Shown: piece by piece, positions 1 to 11,537 of the stretch
Layout: each line of letters opens with the position of its first letter
Numbering within the stretch: the stretch's first letter is position 1
Origin: an uncultured cyanobacterium
GTDB taxonomy: Bacteria; Cyanobacteriota; Cyanobacteriia; Pseudanabaenales; Pseudanabaenaceae
Assembly: GCA_963703315.1 (NCBI GenBank)
Contig: OY969811.1
Span: forward strand, 1,440,001 to 1,504,000
Length of the DNA stretch: 64,000 bases
Direction: 5' to 3'
Notes under the pieces: generated by a model
What the model saw: the letters and a program-made list of their open reading frames with translations, nothing else
What the model was told of the DNA's origin: nothing
The model's database searches: none
Made by a program: the position numbers and the translations under genes

Positions 1-684
1 AATTGAGAACAAAGCCGTATTAATACGATAGGTTCCTGCGGTTAAAATACCGATCTGTCTACCTTTTTCACCACCAGCTAAGAGAAACTGCCTCGCATTT
101 TGAAAGTTGTCGCAGGGAACGGTTTTGCCCAGAATGCGATCGGGGGGAATCGATTTGCCATCATTGGCAATTATTAATCCAATTTCACCTTGGGGAATGA
201 CAACGACAGATTCTTTGCGAATCCCATATTGCCAAGGATAATAGCCAAAATACCAACCAGGGGCGAGGGTGTCGGCTTGGTATCCTGCTTCACCATTGAG
301 GGCAACCAGTTGTCCTGGGGGTAAATCACCGCGAAATGAGAATTTCTTAACAACGATGCCAACTTCACGTTCACCAATGACGATCAGCCCTAAAATCCAT
401 CCTACCTGTGGCAAAAATATAAATACAATTACCACACCACCAATTATCCAGACCCATAAGGGCAAGTTCAGATCGCCAGCTTGCATTACTTGCACAGACG
501 GCGATCGCATTTGAGTAGTATCTTTTTGAGAAATTTGCTGAGCGATCGCTGTTTGATTACCACTGATCGCAGGTAATGCAACAGTTCCCAGCATGGCGAT
601 CGCTGCACCTGAAACCAGCGATCGCTGCCAAAGGTTCTTGCCAAAGTTTTGACAAATATCCTGAATACTAACTAGCTTTTTCAC
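1..684 (-). CDS. SPFH/band 7 (flotillin-like) membrane protein, 5' part (runs off window)
   Basis: Hand translation from GTG at 684 is open to position 1: TM segment LWVWIIGGVVIVFIFLP, then IGEREVGIVVKKF...GEAGYQADTLAPGW...GGEKGRQIGILTAGTYRINT, typical of cyanobacterial SPFH proteins. Not in the ORF track. Confidence 0.75.
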   Translation of the reverse strand, partial: MKKLVSIQDICQNFGKNLWQRSLVSGAAIAMLGTVALPAISGNQTAIAQQISQKDTTQMRSPSVQVMQAGDLNLPLWVWIIGGVVIVFIFLPQVGWILGLIVIGEREVGIVVKKFSFRGDLPPGQLVALNGEAGYQADTLAPGWYFGYYPWQYGIRKESVVVIPQGEIGLIIANDGKSIPPDRILGKTVPCDNFQNARQFLLAGGEKGRQIGILTAGTYRINTALFSI

Positions 685-783
685 GGGTAAAACCCCACTT
701 TCAGAACTGCTGCTAATTTAGCGCAGTTGTTAGAAAATTCTCAAAATTTACTAAGAAAATTAATAACCAACCTGTAGCAATAC

Positions 784-900
784 TGTAGCAATGTTAAGTT
801 TTGCTTAGGACATAAAAGCCGAAAGATTGATAGCGGCGCTTCGCGCCGCTATCAATCTTTCGGCTTTTGATCTGCCTTAACTCACTCAAGCATTGCTATA
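784..900. repeat. Palindromic MITE/REP-like element, family C (TAGC...GCTATA ends, GCGGCGC-NNN-GCGCCGC core)
   Basis: Long inverted repeat aaagccgaaagattgatagcggcgc-ttc-gcgccgctatcaatctttcggcttt; related cores recur near 14.2, 32.45, 35.5, 35.8, 44.5, 46.67, 48.14, 51.3 and 60.3 kb. Confidence 0.8.
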
Positions 901-901
901 T

Positions 902-975
902 TAAGTAGCTCAGCATAGTTAAACCCCAAAACCAGAGCTTGTGCCGCCCGCTACGCGGGCGGCACAAGCTTCTAG
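902..975. repeat. MITE/REP-like element family B, partial
   Basis: taagtagctcagcatagttaaa...gcttgtgccgcccgc-tac-gcgggcggcacaagc; near-identical to copies at 56341 and 60158. Confidence 0.8.
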
Positions 976-1014
976 ATTAATGAAGGTGGCATAGAGTACA
1001 AACTTCATTAATTT

Positions 1015-2298
1015 TTAAAGAGAGTTCCACCGTTCGGCTGCCGAGGCGATCGCCTTATTGCTAGGCTTCTCCTTGAGCATGGCAAGCTGTAACTCCTCAT
1101 AAATAATCTTACGCAGCTTCTCAATATCTTTGGCTGGAGGAATTAGTACTTCTGATTGAGACAGTTGCGAGGCACTGATTACTCTAGCGCGATCAAGAAG
1201 TGGTGCATTTTTAGCGGCTTCGGTGAAATAGCGATCGCTTACACTCTTAACTGTTGAAGGCAATGAGTTCTCAATCTTGGAAAAGGTAAGTTGATTATCG
1301 GCATTAGTTAAATAGAGCGCAAACTTGACAGCGAGAGCTTGATTGGTGGATATAGTTGGTACAGAGACATTCATCACTGCTGCACTCTTTTTGCCCGTTG
1401 AGCCTGTAATTTGTGCGCCCACATCAGTGACCTTCGCTACCTCTGGTGCATTGAGGGCAATTGTTTTCAGAAACTGAGGGCCAGTCAATAAAATTGCTAA
1501 TTCTCCTGCTTGGTAAAGTTCTATCGCCTTGCGATGTCCTTCCGTCAAGATTTCGCGGGGAATCAATTGCTTCTCAAATAGATTTACCCAATAGTCAAAG
1601 GCAGCTTTACCCGTAGCATCATTAAAAGCGGCTTTGCCATTAGCATCCAGCAACTTCATCCCCATCTGTACCATTGCTTCGAGAACTTGTCCCCCATCCA
1701 TCGTTAGCAAGAAAGCATATTTACCTGTCTTCGCCTTAATCTGCTCGGAAACCTTGGTGAGTTCTTCAAAAGTTTTCGGTGGTTTGGCAGGATCTAGACC
1801 TGCTTTTTCAAATAGCGATCGGTTATAAATGGTGATGTCTGTGGCAACATACCAAGGTAGCCCAAAAGTCGTATTATCCAGTTGATTGGCTTTCCAAATA
1901 TTGGGGAAATAGCTAGCCTGATCAGTTGCTGAGATAGTAGTACCCATATCCACTAGGGCTTTTTTTTCGGCAAGTTTTGACGCGAATTGAGGATTAAGAT
2001 TCACCACATCAGGAGCAGTTTTGGCAGCTACAGAACTCAAAATCTTAGTTTCCATCTCTCCCCAAGGAATATCCACCCATTCCACTTCTGCGGTTGGGTT
2101 CTCTTTGACAAATCCTACAATTAAATCCGTCATATATTTATCAAATTGCGGTTTTAATTGCATTGTCCAAAAGACAATTTTGCTCTTGCCTGAAGCTGGA
2201 GATTGCGTAGTTTGCGCTCCACAGGCTCCGAGCAGAAACAGGGTGGAAAGTCCAATAAACTTACGACGATTAAGGTTTGAGAAGAGATTAGGTGACAT
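1015..2298 (-). CDS. Sugar ABC transporter substrate-binding lipoprotein
   Basis: RRKF...LLGAC lipobox; SBP family 1 motifs (APDVVNL, GLPWY, IYNRSLF). Likely start ATG 2298 (ORF track extends to 2334). Confidence 0.85.
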   Translation of the reverse strand: MSPNLFSNLNRRKFIGLSTLFLLGACGAQTTQSPASGKSKIVFWTMQLKPQFDKYMTDLIVGFVKENPTAEVEWVDIPWGEMETKILSSVAAKTAPDVVNLNPQFASKLAEKKALVDMGTTISATDQASYFPNIWKANQLDNTTFGLPWYVATDITIYNRSLFEKAGLDPAKPPKTFEELTKVSEQIKAKTGKYAFLLTMDGGQVLEAMVQMGMKLLDANGKAAFNDATGKAAFDYWVNLFEKQLIPREILTEGHRKAIELYQAGELAILLTGPQFLKTIALNAPEVAKVTDVGAQITGSTGKKSAAVMNVSVPTISTNQALAVKFALYLTNADNQLTFSKIENSLPSTVKSVSDRYFTEAAKNAPLLDRARVISASQLSQSEVLIPPAKDIEKLRKIIYEELQLAMLKEKPSNKAIASAAERWNSL

Positions 2299-2407
2299 AT
2301 CAAAAATACTAACTTGAGCTTGATTATATAGCAAATTAGAAAGTGATTCTACTTTGCTATGCTAGTAATAGCGATCGCTAATATTCGCGTCAACCAAACC
2401 TAAACCG

Positions 2408-2965
2408 ATGAGTAATCCTGTAACTGTAGAAGATATTTACGAGCTTTTTCGCATTTCTCAGCAAGAAGCTGATCGCCGCGCTGCCGAAGCCGATCGCCGC
2501 ATGGAAAAACTAGAGCGCACTGTAGAAAATACGAATCGTGCGGTTAATGCCTTGACTACACGCTGGGGAAGGTTTGTTGAAGAATTGGTACGTCCTGCGG
2601 TTGTACGCTTGTTTCGGGCTAAGGGGATTAATGTCACTCGTACTTTTTTGAGAATGCGTTCTGAGTCCAAAAATCTACCGATGGAGATAGATGTATTTGG
2701 TGTAAATGGAATGAGTGCGATCGCTGTGGAATGTAAGTCGCGTTTGTCTACAGATGATGTTGATCAGATGTGCGAACGACTCAGCAATCTCAAGAATGCT
2801 TTTCCAGAGTATAACAACTATCGTGTTTTTGGTGCTGTTGCGGGAATAGAGGTCGATGATAATGTTGGTCGCTATGCTTATCAGAAGGGGCTATATGTGA
2901 TTAAGCCATCGGGTGACACTGTTGAGATTGTCAATGATGAGAAATTTCAGGCGATCGCGTGGTAG
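2408..2965 (+). CDS. DUF3782-like coiled-coil + PD-(D/E)XK nuclease-fold protein
   Basis: EADRR repeats, WGRFVEELV, EIDV...AVECKSRL catalytic-type motif, YAYQKGLYVI. Confidence 0.75.
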   Translation: MSNPVTVEDIYELFRISQQEADRRAAEADRRMEKLERTVENTNRAVNALTTRWGRFVEELVRPAVVRLFRAKGINVTRTFLRMRSESKNLPMEIDVFGVNGMSAIAVECKSRLSTDDVDQMCERLSNLKNAFPEYNNYRVFGAVAGIEVDDNVGRYAYQKGLYVIKPSGDTVEIVNDEKFQAIAW

Positions 2966-2978
2966 TTGGGTGCAAACC

Positions 2979-3019
2979 AAAAAAAATGTGGCATAAGCTG
3001 CGCGTATGCCACATTTTTT
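2979..3019. terminator. Hairpin between convergent genes
   Basis: aaaaaatgtggcata...tatgccacatttttt. Confidence 0.6.
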
Positions 3020-3054
3020 GCGGATGGCAGCGTGAGCCGACATCCTAAACTATT

Positions 3055-3990
3055 TTATTTAACTTCTGCAAGTAAATTCGCGAGACGTGGATATTTGGAA
3101 ACTAGACCAAAGGTTTCAGGAGAGACAACATCATAGGTAAAGTGGCGCTGAGCAATACAGAAGCGATCCCATGCAGCAACTTCAATGCGAAATAATTTGA
3201 TGATCATATTTACTAAAAATGGAGTCAGTTCAAACTGCCAACCAACTTTTAAGTTCAAAAATTCACAGAACTGTGTAATCAAATCCTGAGTGGTGAGGCG
3301 CTGCATTCCTAAAACTAAACGGGCTGGAGATTGGGGAACTGATGTTGCAGTAAGCAGATGGGTCACAATTTGAGCAATATCGATCGCATGGACAAAATGG
3401 AAACTTCCATCAGCTTTTAAAAATCTAGCGTAGGGAATATATTTGAGAATATCCTTAAGTCCTCTGGATAGATGGGAATAGGGCTTGTCCACCGCACCAC
3501 CAAAAACGAGGGTGGGAAATACAGTAATTAGGCGATCGCGAATGATGGAATTCTCTAATGTTTCTAGACAAGCGTGTTTAGAAGCGATGTATGCTGTGCC
3601 GACTGTGCCTGCTTCAGGAATGATTTGATTATGAGAATCGAGAATGCTGGCAGTAGAGAAGTAGATCGCCCGTTCGCAGATTGCGGGATCAAGGGAAGAG
3701 AATAATTCGATGGTTTTATCGCGATTGACCACAAAGGCTTCTTCTCCTCCCCAACCTGCGGCAGTACTGACGACAAATTCCATCGTGCGAAGTAAATCTT
3801 TGTGATTACCAATATTCTGCATCGAGTCTTCGATAATATGTACGTTGGGGCGATCGCTTAGATCTACTTGCAACTTGCGGCGATCGCGTACTAGTAAATA
3901 TAAATCGTAATCAGTCTTTGCTAAAAGCTCCTCGATTAAATAATGACCAACACAACCACTCGCACCCGTAATAAAAACTTTCTTTGGCAT
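3055..3990 (-). CDS. NAD-dependent epimerase/dehydratase
   Basis: ITGASGCVG Rossmann motif; YIASK. Confidence 0.85.
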   Translation of the reverse strand: MPKKVFITGASGCVGHYLIEELLAKTDYDLYLLVRDRRKLQVDLSDRPNVHIIEDSMQNIGNHKDLLRTMEFVVSTAAGWGGEEAFVVNRDKTIELFSSLDPAICERAIYFSTASILDSHNQIIPEAGTVGTAYIASKHACLETLENSIIRDRLITVFPTLVFGGAVDKPYSHLSRGLKDILKYIPYARFLKADGSFHFVHAIDIAQIVTHLLTATSVPQSPARLVLGMQRLTTQDLITQFCEFLNLKVGWQFELTPFLVNMIIKLFRIEVAAWDRFCIAQRHFTYDVVSPETFGLVSKYPRLANLLAEVK

Positions 3991-4097
3991 TCTTTTAATA
4001 ACTTTGAATAAGTCCTAATTTTATGCTTTTTCGGTATCCATATAGCAATCCTAAATGGTTTGTGGTTTTCATTTTGCCGTAGGCAAAATGAAAACCA

Positions 4098-4961
4098 CTA
4101 TAAATGTCTCGGGTCAAGGCGATAGTATCTCTGTAAGAGTTCGTAAAGAGCTTGATGTTTCTGATTTAGTTGATGGGGCTTCTCAAAAAAAGTCTCTGTT
4201 GCCACCGCAAAAAACTCCGCAGGGTTTGTTGTTCCATAACTATCCATTACCGTTTTTTTACCATTTTCGACGCGATCGCATAGTTGCAAATATTCCGCCG
4301 ACATCACCTGCTTCCATACCTCATAATCTAGTGTTCTCGCTAAAATTGGCACACCTTCCGCTTGTCCATCCTCTTGATCAAGCTGATGCGCGAACTCATG
4401 CAGCACTACATTATGTCCATCTTCCCAATTGTGAATATCCTGCTGTACCTGTTCCCAAGAGAGAACTAATTGATCCCTTGTCCATGATTCTCCTAGTCTG
4501 GCAACGCGCCGTTCTTCCACCACATAGCTGTTCATCACCATCTCATTCACAATATAAGCAGTGGGATAAACCAGAATTGATCGTAAATTAGGAAAGTAGG
4601 TTTTGCGATCGCCAAATAACAACAAACAAGCGATCGCGGCGATCGTGACTTTGATCTCTTCCGTAATTTGCAATCCTAGACAGCCAATAAATTGTTTCTC
4701 CTTCAAAAACACTTGAACATAGCCTTGCAATTCTTTTTGTTGTTCAGAAGTAAGAGAACTATAAATAGAAAGATTGCTTTCGATAATGCTTAACCATGAC
4801 TTTGGAAATTGCTGAGCCATGAGGCGATCGCGTTGCCACTTCACAAAAAATGGATAGCACAAAATTCCTATGGCGATCGCACTGATCCCAATAGAAAAGA
4901 TAATTGCTACAACATTTGGAGGAATCACTGAGGTGAAATTAGTTGAAAAATAAAGAACCAA
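4098..4961 (-). CDS. Zinc-dependent peptidase, M90/MtfA family
   Basis: LGESW, HNVVLHEFAHQLD, YGTTNPAEFFAVATETFFE. Start uncertain: the track start lies inside a palindrome, GTG 4928 is an alternative. Confidence 0.85.
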   Translation of the reverse strand: MVLYFSTNFTSVIPPNVVAIIFSIGISAIAIGILCYPFFVKWQRDRLMAQQFPKSWLSIIESNLSIYSSLTSEQQKELQGYVQVFLKEKQFIGCLGLQITEEIKVTIAAIACLLLFGDRKTYFPNLRSILVYPTAYIVNEMVMNSYVVEERRVARLGESWTRDQLVLSWEQVQQDIHNWEDGHNVVLHEFAHQLDQEDGQAEGVPILARTLDYEVWKQVMSAEYLQLCDRVENGKKTVMDSYGTTNPAEFFAVATETFFEKPHQLNQKHQALYELLQRYYRLDPRHL

Positions 4962-5105
4962 TTCTTTGTGGCGCGGCGTAGCCGCGCCACAAAGAATTGG
5001 TTCTTTATTTTACTGCAAGTCACTAGGTATTGACGACGACAAGCATTTATTAACTAAAAGATTTATCGTGGGAATCTCACACAAAATGAAGTAACATCGC
5101 TTAGA

Positions 5106-6485
5106 ATGACTTTAGAAAACTCAACATTTGCCCTCACACCTATGAAAGCTATTTGGATGTTAGCGGCGATCACAGGCTTATCAGTTGGAACCATTGGCTG
5201 TGGTGCAGCTAAGGATGCGACTCAAGCCCAGACGCAGAGCCAAAAACCTGCTACAGCCGTAGATGTGGCGATCGCCAAGTTTGATTCTCTCCAAGCTGAG
5301 ACAGAGTACACAGGCACAACTGCACCAATAAGGGAAGTGTCGGTAAAATCCCGACTGGAAGGGCGTTTGCTCGATTTGAATGTAGATGTTGGCGATCGCG
5401 TCGAAGCAGGACAAGCAATCGCCCAATTGGATGATGCAGTTCTATCTGCAACTGTGCTACAGGCAGAAGCAGAGGTTGCGGCAAGGGAAGCGGAAGTCTC
5501 ACAAGCGAGTGCGGCAGTGGGGAATGCTCGCTCTCAAGTAGAACGAGCCAGACTAGAATATCAACAAGCACAAGCTGATGCGAATCGCTTCACCCAATTG
5601 GCTAAAGATGGAGCTGTATCTTCTCAAACTGCGGAGACTGCCATCACTCGTGCGCGAACTGCCGAGCAATCATTGCGATCGGCTGAGCAGCAAGTCAGTC
5701 TTCAGCAACAAACGGTGGGAGCAAGTTCACAGAGAGTTTTAGCTCAAGAAGCGATTAGATTAAGGGAACAGGAGCGTCAATCCTACACTACGATTACTGC
5801 ACCGATTAGTGGGGTGGTGTTGGAGCGTGTGAGTGAAACGGGCAATCTTCTATTCGCAGGAAATGACGTTATAAAATTAGGTGATTTTAGTCAAGTTAAA
5901 GTAATTGTGCTGATTTCAGAATTAGAAATTAGCAAAGTTCGTTTAAATCAATCGGTTGATGTGCGATTTGATACATTCCCAAATCAAAAGTTTACAGGAA
6001 CAGTGAGACGGATTTCACCAGTAGCTGATCCCGTAGCCCGTCTCATTCCTGTAGAAGTGGTAGTCCCTAACCGTGACAACAAATTGGGGAGTGGTCAGCT
6101 AGCAAGAGTGCAGTTTTCAAGTAGTCAGTCTCGCCAGATTGTGATTGCCGAAACTGCACTAGAAGTAGCAGGACGACCGACTCAAGCACCTAAAGATGCA
6201 AATACCCAGACAAATCAACAAGCAAAGCCGAAAACTGATACTAAGTCTAGTGCTAATGCTAGTGACAGGGGGAAGCCCAAAACTGGCACAGTTTTTGTGA
6301 TTACGGGCGATCAGAAAGAACCAAAAGTGTCAGCGCGTAAAATCACCCTTGGCGATCGCCGTGATGGCAAAGTTGTGATTCTTTCTGGTTTAAAGGAAGG
6401 CGATCGCATTGTGGTTAGGAGTGGCGGCAAGTTACAGGATGGTGATGCTGTCAAGCTCAGTGTGTTATCGGAATCTTCTAAATAA
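5106..6485 (+). CDS. RND efflux periplasmic adaptor (membrane fusion protein)
   Basis: Lipoprotein-like N-terminus, VDVGDRVEAGQ lipoyl half-motifs, coiled coil, ITAPISGVV. Confidence 0.9.
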   Translation: MTLENSTFALTPMKAIWMLAAITGLSVGTIGCGAAKDATQAQTQSQKPATAVDVAIAKFDSLQAETEYTGTTAPIREVSVKSRLEGRLLDLNVDVGDRVEAGQAIAQLDDAVLSATVLQAEAEVAAREAEVSQASAAVGNARSQVERARLEYQQAQADANRFTQLAKDGAVSSQTAETAITRARTAEQSLRSAEQQVSLQQQTVGASSQRVLAQEAIRLREQERQSYTTITAPISGVVLERVSETGNLLFAGNDVIKLGDFSQVKVIVLISELEISKVRLNQSVDVRFDTFPNQKFTGTVRRISPVADPVARLIPVEVVVPNRDNKLGSGQLARVQFSSSQSRQIVIAETALEVAGRPTQAPKDANTQTNQQAKPKTDTKSSANASDRGKPKTGTVFVITGDQKEPKVSARKITLGDRRDGKVVILSGLKEGDRIVVRSGGKLQDGDAVKLSVLSESSK

Positions 6486-6546
6486 AGATGTAAGGTGCTT
6501 TGCGCCTTACATCTTTACTTTTTTTAATTATTTTTAAGAGGTAACT

Positions 6547-9500
6547 ATGAGCAACCAAAACTCGTCCAGTCCGAAGCCGACAGGATTTAGTATTAGCGCC
6601 ACAGCCATTCGCCGCCACATCGGTACGCTGATGCTAACGATCGCTATCTTTGTCATGGGCGCATTTTATGTGACACGGTTACAAGTGGATTTGCTGCCAT
6701 CGATTGTTTATCCCCGTATCGGAGTACAGATTGATGTGCCAGGGGTTTCTCCAGAGGTCGCCATTACCGAAGTCACTAAACCTCTAGAAGAAGCTTTAGC
6801 ACTTACCGAAGGTGTTAACCAGCTTTTTTCGCGTACTCGCGAAGGACAGGTGCGAGTCGATTTGTTCTTTGAAGCAGGTAGTGATGTTGATCAGGCTCTT
6901 AATGACACTGTGGCTAGTTTCAACCGTGGTCGGAGCCTGCTACCTGATGTCGTCGAGAATGAAAGAATTTTTAAATTTGATCCATCCCAATTTCCAATCT
7001 ATGAGTTTGCGCTCACATCGCCTTCTTTGTCATTGCCAGAGTTGCGACTATTTGCGGATGAGGAGTTGGGGCGTGAGCTAGCGATCGTGCCTGGGGTCGC
7101 AGGTGTTGACGTAGTTGGTGGGGTCAGGGAAGAAGTTCAGGTTAATCTCGATCTGCCACGATTACAATCAGCAGGTGTGAGCGTTAATGAAGTTTTGAAC
7201 GCATTGCGCGATCGCAATATTGATATTTCAGGTGGGCGGTTACGCAATGGTGCGGTGGAGCCACTGACTCGGGCGATCGGTAAGTTTAAAGACGCTAAAG
7301 AACTGGAAAATTTATCCTTTGTTGTCAGCAATCCATCGGCTACCACCCAGTCTAGGCAAGTCTATTTGCGCGACTTTGCGGAAATTATTGATAGCACGGA
7401 AGAACAACGGGTTTTCACTACTTTAAATGGACAGGAAGCGGTGCGGTTGCTCATCACTAAGCAGCCTGACGCGAATACGATTGAGGTCGTCGATCGCGTC
7501 AAGGAAAAAATTGCCAACCTTCAGGAAAATGGCTTGATTCCCAGCGATGCTGAGGTAACCGCCACCCTTGACGAGTCAAGATTAATCAGGGCTTCGGTTG
7601 CCAACGTGGCTTGGTCAGGGATTATTGGTTCGGGCTTGGCAGCGATCGCTGTGTTTTTATTTCTAGGCTCATTACGTCAGACTTTAATTATCACCCTTGC
7701 CATTCCCTTAGCAACCCTTGCGGCGATCATCTGTATGGGGATTTTTGGTTTCTCTCTCAACCTGTTCAGTTTAGGTGGACTAGCGCTCGGTGTCGGGATT
7801 GTCGTGGATAACTCGATTGTGATGTTAGAGAACATTACAATCGGCATTGAGAAGATCCGTAAGCGCAATGGTGGTGAAGCTGATTTTGACGACATTATCA
7901 ATCAATCACAGGATAGCAGTGCCGAAATTGAATCAGCCCTAATTGCTTCTACCAGCACCAACCTTGTCGTAATTTTTCCATTCTTATTGCTAGGTGGATT
8001 TCTATCACTGCTATTCAATCAACTAATTCTTACCATTAGCTTTGCCGTAGCGGCTTCAATCGTGATTGCGGTAACTGTTGTACCAATGATGGCTTCGCGA
8101 CTATTGGCAATCCCTTGGTCGAGCCGTTTAAATGAATCTTGGTTTATGGTCGGATTTGAGCGTCGTTTTGCGGCAGCTACTCTGGGCTATGCAGGATTTT
8201 TAGCAAGGATTGTTCAATATCGTCTTTTGGTCATAGTTGCTCTATTCGCGATCCTTGGGGGGGAGGCTTTCTGATGGCGCGTCAACTTCCTCAAGAAATC
8301 ATCCCTCAAGTCAAAACAGGTGATGTCAACGTCAATGCTCAATTCCCCGCAGGTACGACCCTTGCTGAGAACATTAAGGTGATGGCGCTAGTTGACGAAA
8401 TTCTAATTAAGCAGCCTGAAACAGCCTACTCATTCGCTACTATTGGCGGCGGCTCCTTTGGCAATAACGTTACTTCTAATCCCTTGCGTAGTGGTAGTAC
8501 GGTTACACTCAATCCAAATGCTGACCTGACGGGCTTTGTGAGTCGCGTCAATCGAGAAATTGCTAAGCTAAATCTAGCAGGAGTAAGAGTGAGGGTTAAC
8601 CCCGGACAAGTGCGCGGGATTATTGTCAACAATTCCCCTGTACCTAGAACCGATATTGATGTCGTTTTGCAAGGTAGTAATCCAGATATATTGACGCAAG
8701 CAGGTACAGAAGTGCTTAGTGCCTTAGAGAAGTCAGTCAAAGGCGCAACCTTCCGCCCTGATACTGATGCCCGTCAGCCCGAAATCCAAATTATTCCTGA
8801 TTGGGAACGTCTACAAGCCCTAGGACTTTCTACGCAAGCGATCGGCTCCACTCTGCAAACTGCGATTACAGGTTCAGTCCCCACACAGTTACAACGGGGC
8901 GATCGCCTTGTTGATGTGCGCGTGCAGCTTGATCCTGAGTTACGCAAAAACTCTTCGCAATTGCAGCAAGTCCCCCTATTTGTCAGCAATAATCGCCCAG
9001 TCCGCCTCGCTGATGTGGCTACCTTGAGCGAAGGTCGCGCCCCCGGGGAAATTCAACGGATTAATCAACGCCAAGTATATCTACTGCTCGGTAGTGTGGA
9101 GCGCGGCGCAAGTCTGAGTGATGCCCTCAAGCAAACTGAACAGGCGATCGCGGAAGTTGACCTGCCCGATGGTGTCACCATATTACCGAGTTCTGCCAAA
9201 GCGGCTAATGACAACCTTTCTGGAGCCTTTGGAGTATTAGGCGTACTTGCCTCATTCCTCGTATTTGTGGTGATGGCGGTGCAGTACAATTCATTGCTTG
9301 ATCCTTTGGTGATCATGCTGACAATTCCCCTTGCACTGGCTGGAGGTATTGTGGGGCTATACGTCACCAATAGCTCGATCAATGTGATGGTAGTAATCGG
9401 CGTAATTCTGCTAATTGGGATTGTGGTTAACAATGCGATCGTGCTGGTGGAACTGGCGAATCAATTACGTGAGGAGCAGAAATGTAGTCGGATACAAGCG

Positions 9501-9770
9501 ATGTTGCAAGCTGCACCTACCCGTTTACGTCCGATCTTGATGACTACGATTACCACAGTAGTTGGCGCATTTCCGCTAGCCCTTGGCGGCGGCGATGGTG
9601 GTGAGTTTTTACAGCCCCTTGGAATTGTCATTTTTTCTGGATTAGCCCTTGCCACAGTCCTGACCTTATTCCTAATTCCCTGCTCCTATGTACTGATGCA
9701 TGAATTGAGTTGGTCTAGTTTGAGTAAGCTATTGCGATTAAAACCATCTGTCAGGACTCAGAGCCGATAA
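6547..9770 (+). pseudogene. RND (AcrB-family) efflux permease split by a frameshift at a G7 run
   Basis: 6547..8274 is the N-terminal half (GIVVDNSIVMLEN) and 8274..9770 the C-terminal half (GIVVNNAIVLVE, RLRPILMTT). One extra G in 8257-8263 fuses them. Could be a sequencing error. Confidence 0.75.
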
Positions 9771-9957
9771 ATTTTAAATAGCGAGTTATGGCATTTTTCA
9801 GTCTAGTGAAGTACGAGTTTGTTTCCCCGCCTTCGGCGGGGAAACAAACTCGTACTTCGGCTATATGGCGCTTCGCGCCACAACTCGTCTTCTGGGTTTA
9901 TTTCCTAACAAGACTGGCGACCGCTATACTAAACATTCAGCCTTCAAGCTCTAATTT

Positions 9958-10164
9958 ATGTCACCCGATTATATAAAAGCTCAACTAATCTTGCTTATTT
10001 CCATCGTTGCAGCGATCGCCTTTGTTGGCTGCATTTACGAAATATCCTATGGCGCACCAGACTTTGGTTTTGCAACTACTTGGACAATTTTGCTAATCAG
10101 CTTACCTGTAGGTGTCTATAGCTTTGTTAAGGCAGTTAGCTTAGCCAGAAAATCGATGAACTAA
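9958..10164 (+). CDS. Small two-TM membrane protein
   Basis: 68 aa with two hydrophobic helices, followed by a terminator. Confidence 0.65.
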   Translation: MSPDYIKAQLILLISIVAAIAFVGCIYEISYGAPDFGFATTWTILLISLPVGVYSFVKAVSLARKSMN

Positions 10165-10198
10165 AAAAAGCACCTCCCATTGGGAGGTGCTTTTTTTT
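10163..10198. terminator. Bidirectional rho-independent terminator
   Basis: aaaaaaagcacctccca-t-tgggaggtgctttttttt between convergent genes. Confidence 0.85.
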
Positions 10199-11297
10199 AA
10201 AAGCCCATTACCTTAGCAACACTAGTAATGTCTGGGGCGATACCTTTATGTAACTTAGCCTCAGCACAGGCGATCGCAGTGTCTGGATCTTTAATACCGT
10301 TGCCCGTTAGTACACAAACAATCGTTGCTCCTGAAGGAATTTGATCGCTAACCTTGAGTAAACCAGCAACCGACGCAGCGCTGGCAGGTTCACAGAATAC
10401 GCCTTCTTCACCTGCCAAGAATTTGTAGGCTGCCAAAATTTCGACATCAGTGACACTATTAAACTCACCACCGCTTTCTTCACGGACTTTGAGGGCTTTC
10501 TGCCAATTCGCAGGATTACCGATTCTGATGGCAGTCGCGATCGTTTCAGGTTTCTCGAAAATTTGACCTGTGACTAGTGGAGCCGAACCTGCGGCTTGGA
10601 AACCCATCATGCGAGGAAGTTTTTTAGATTTACCTAACGCATAATATTGCGAGAAACCCATCCAGTAGGCGGTGATATTACCTGCATTGCCCATCGGAAT
10701 GCAGAGCCAGTCTGGAGCATCACCGATCGCCTCAACTAGTTCAAAGGCGGCTGTTTTTTGACCTTCCAGACGGTAAGGATTGACAGAATTAACCAAGGTG
10801 ATCGGGAATTTCTCAGACATTTCCCGCACAATTTGTAGCGCTTGGTCGAAGTTGCCATCGATCGCAATTACCTCTGCACCATAGATTAAGGCTTGGCTCA
10901 ATTTACCGAGGGCAATCTTGCCATCAGGAATTAAAACAAAAGCTTTCAAGCCACCACGTTTAGCATAGGCTGCTGCTGCTGCTGAGGTGTTACCTGTACT
11001 TGCACAAATTACAGCATGAGATCCCGCTTCCTTAGCTTTAGAGATCGCCATCGTCATGCCGCGATCTTTAAAGCTGCCTGTGGGATTGAGTCCGTCATAT
11101 TTGAGCAAGACTTTGATATTACGCCCTAGCTTTTCACTAAGAGCAAGGGCAGGGATTAGTGGCGTATTGCCCTCATGCAAAGTGACAATCGGAGTTTGGT
11201 CGGTAACTGGCAAATAATCGGCATAGCGACATATCAGTCCAGTCCAACCATTGGGAACTGTAGAGGCAGGGTAAAGATCGAGACGAGTATCAATCAC
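10197..11297 (-). CDS. thrC: Threonine synthase
   Basis: [13 protein letters not shown] lysine, [17 protein letters not shown]. Confidence 0.95.
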   Translation of the reverse strand: MIDTRLDLYPASTVPNGWTGLICRYADYLPVTDQTPIVTLHEGNTPLIPALALSEKLGRNIKVLLKYDGLNPTGSFKDRGMTMAISKAKEAGSHAVICASTGNTSAAAAAYAKRGGLKAFVLIPDGKIALGKLSQALIYGAEVIAIDGNFDQALQIVREMSEKFPITLVNSVNPYRLEGQKTAAFELVEAIGDAPDWLCIPMGNAGNITAYWMGFSQYYALGKSKKLPRMMGFQAAGSAPLVTGQIFEKPETIATAIRIGNPANWQKALKVREESGGEFNSVTDVEILAAYKFLAGEEGVFCEPASAASVAGLLKVSDQIPSGATIVCVLTGNGIKDPDTAIACAEAKLHKGIAPDITSVAKVMGF

Positions 11298-11537
11298 GCT
11301 TTCTTCTGGCTAAAAAAATTTATAAATTACCGAATCTAGTCTAGCCCTATCCAAACTGTAAAACCTATTCTGAGTCTAGGTTTTTGTCTTTTCAAAAGTG
11401 CGATCGCGCTTTTGAAATTTGATAGCAGCTAACAAGCATAAGCTTATATATTACTGCAAATAGTTACTGCCATAGCTACGACTATAGACCATCTGATCAT
11501 GGTCATCAGTCATCATAATGTTTGGGTGACCATTTTT

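Noticed and set aside
4055..4591. 178-aa + strand ORF and similar antisense ORFs (e.g. 16377..16820, 29239..29688, 48377..48796, 53365..53844, 55373..55831)
   Set aside because: Shadow frames of well-supported genes, with no recognisable motifs.
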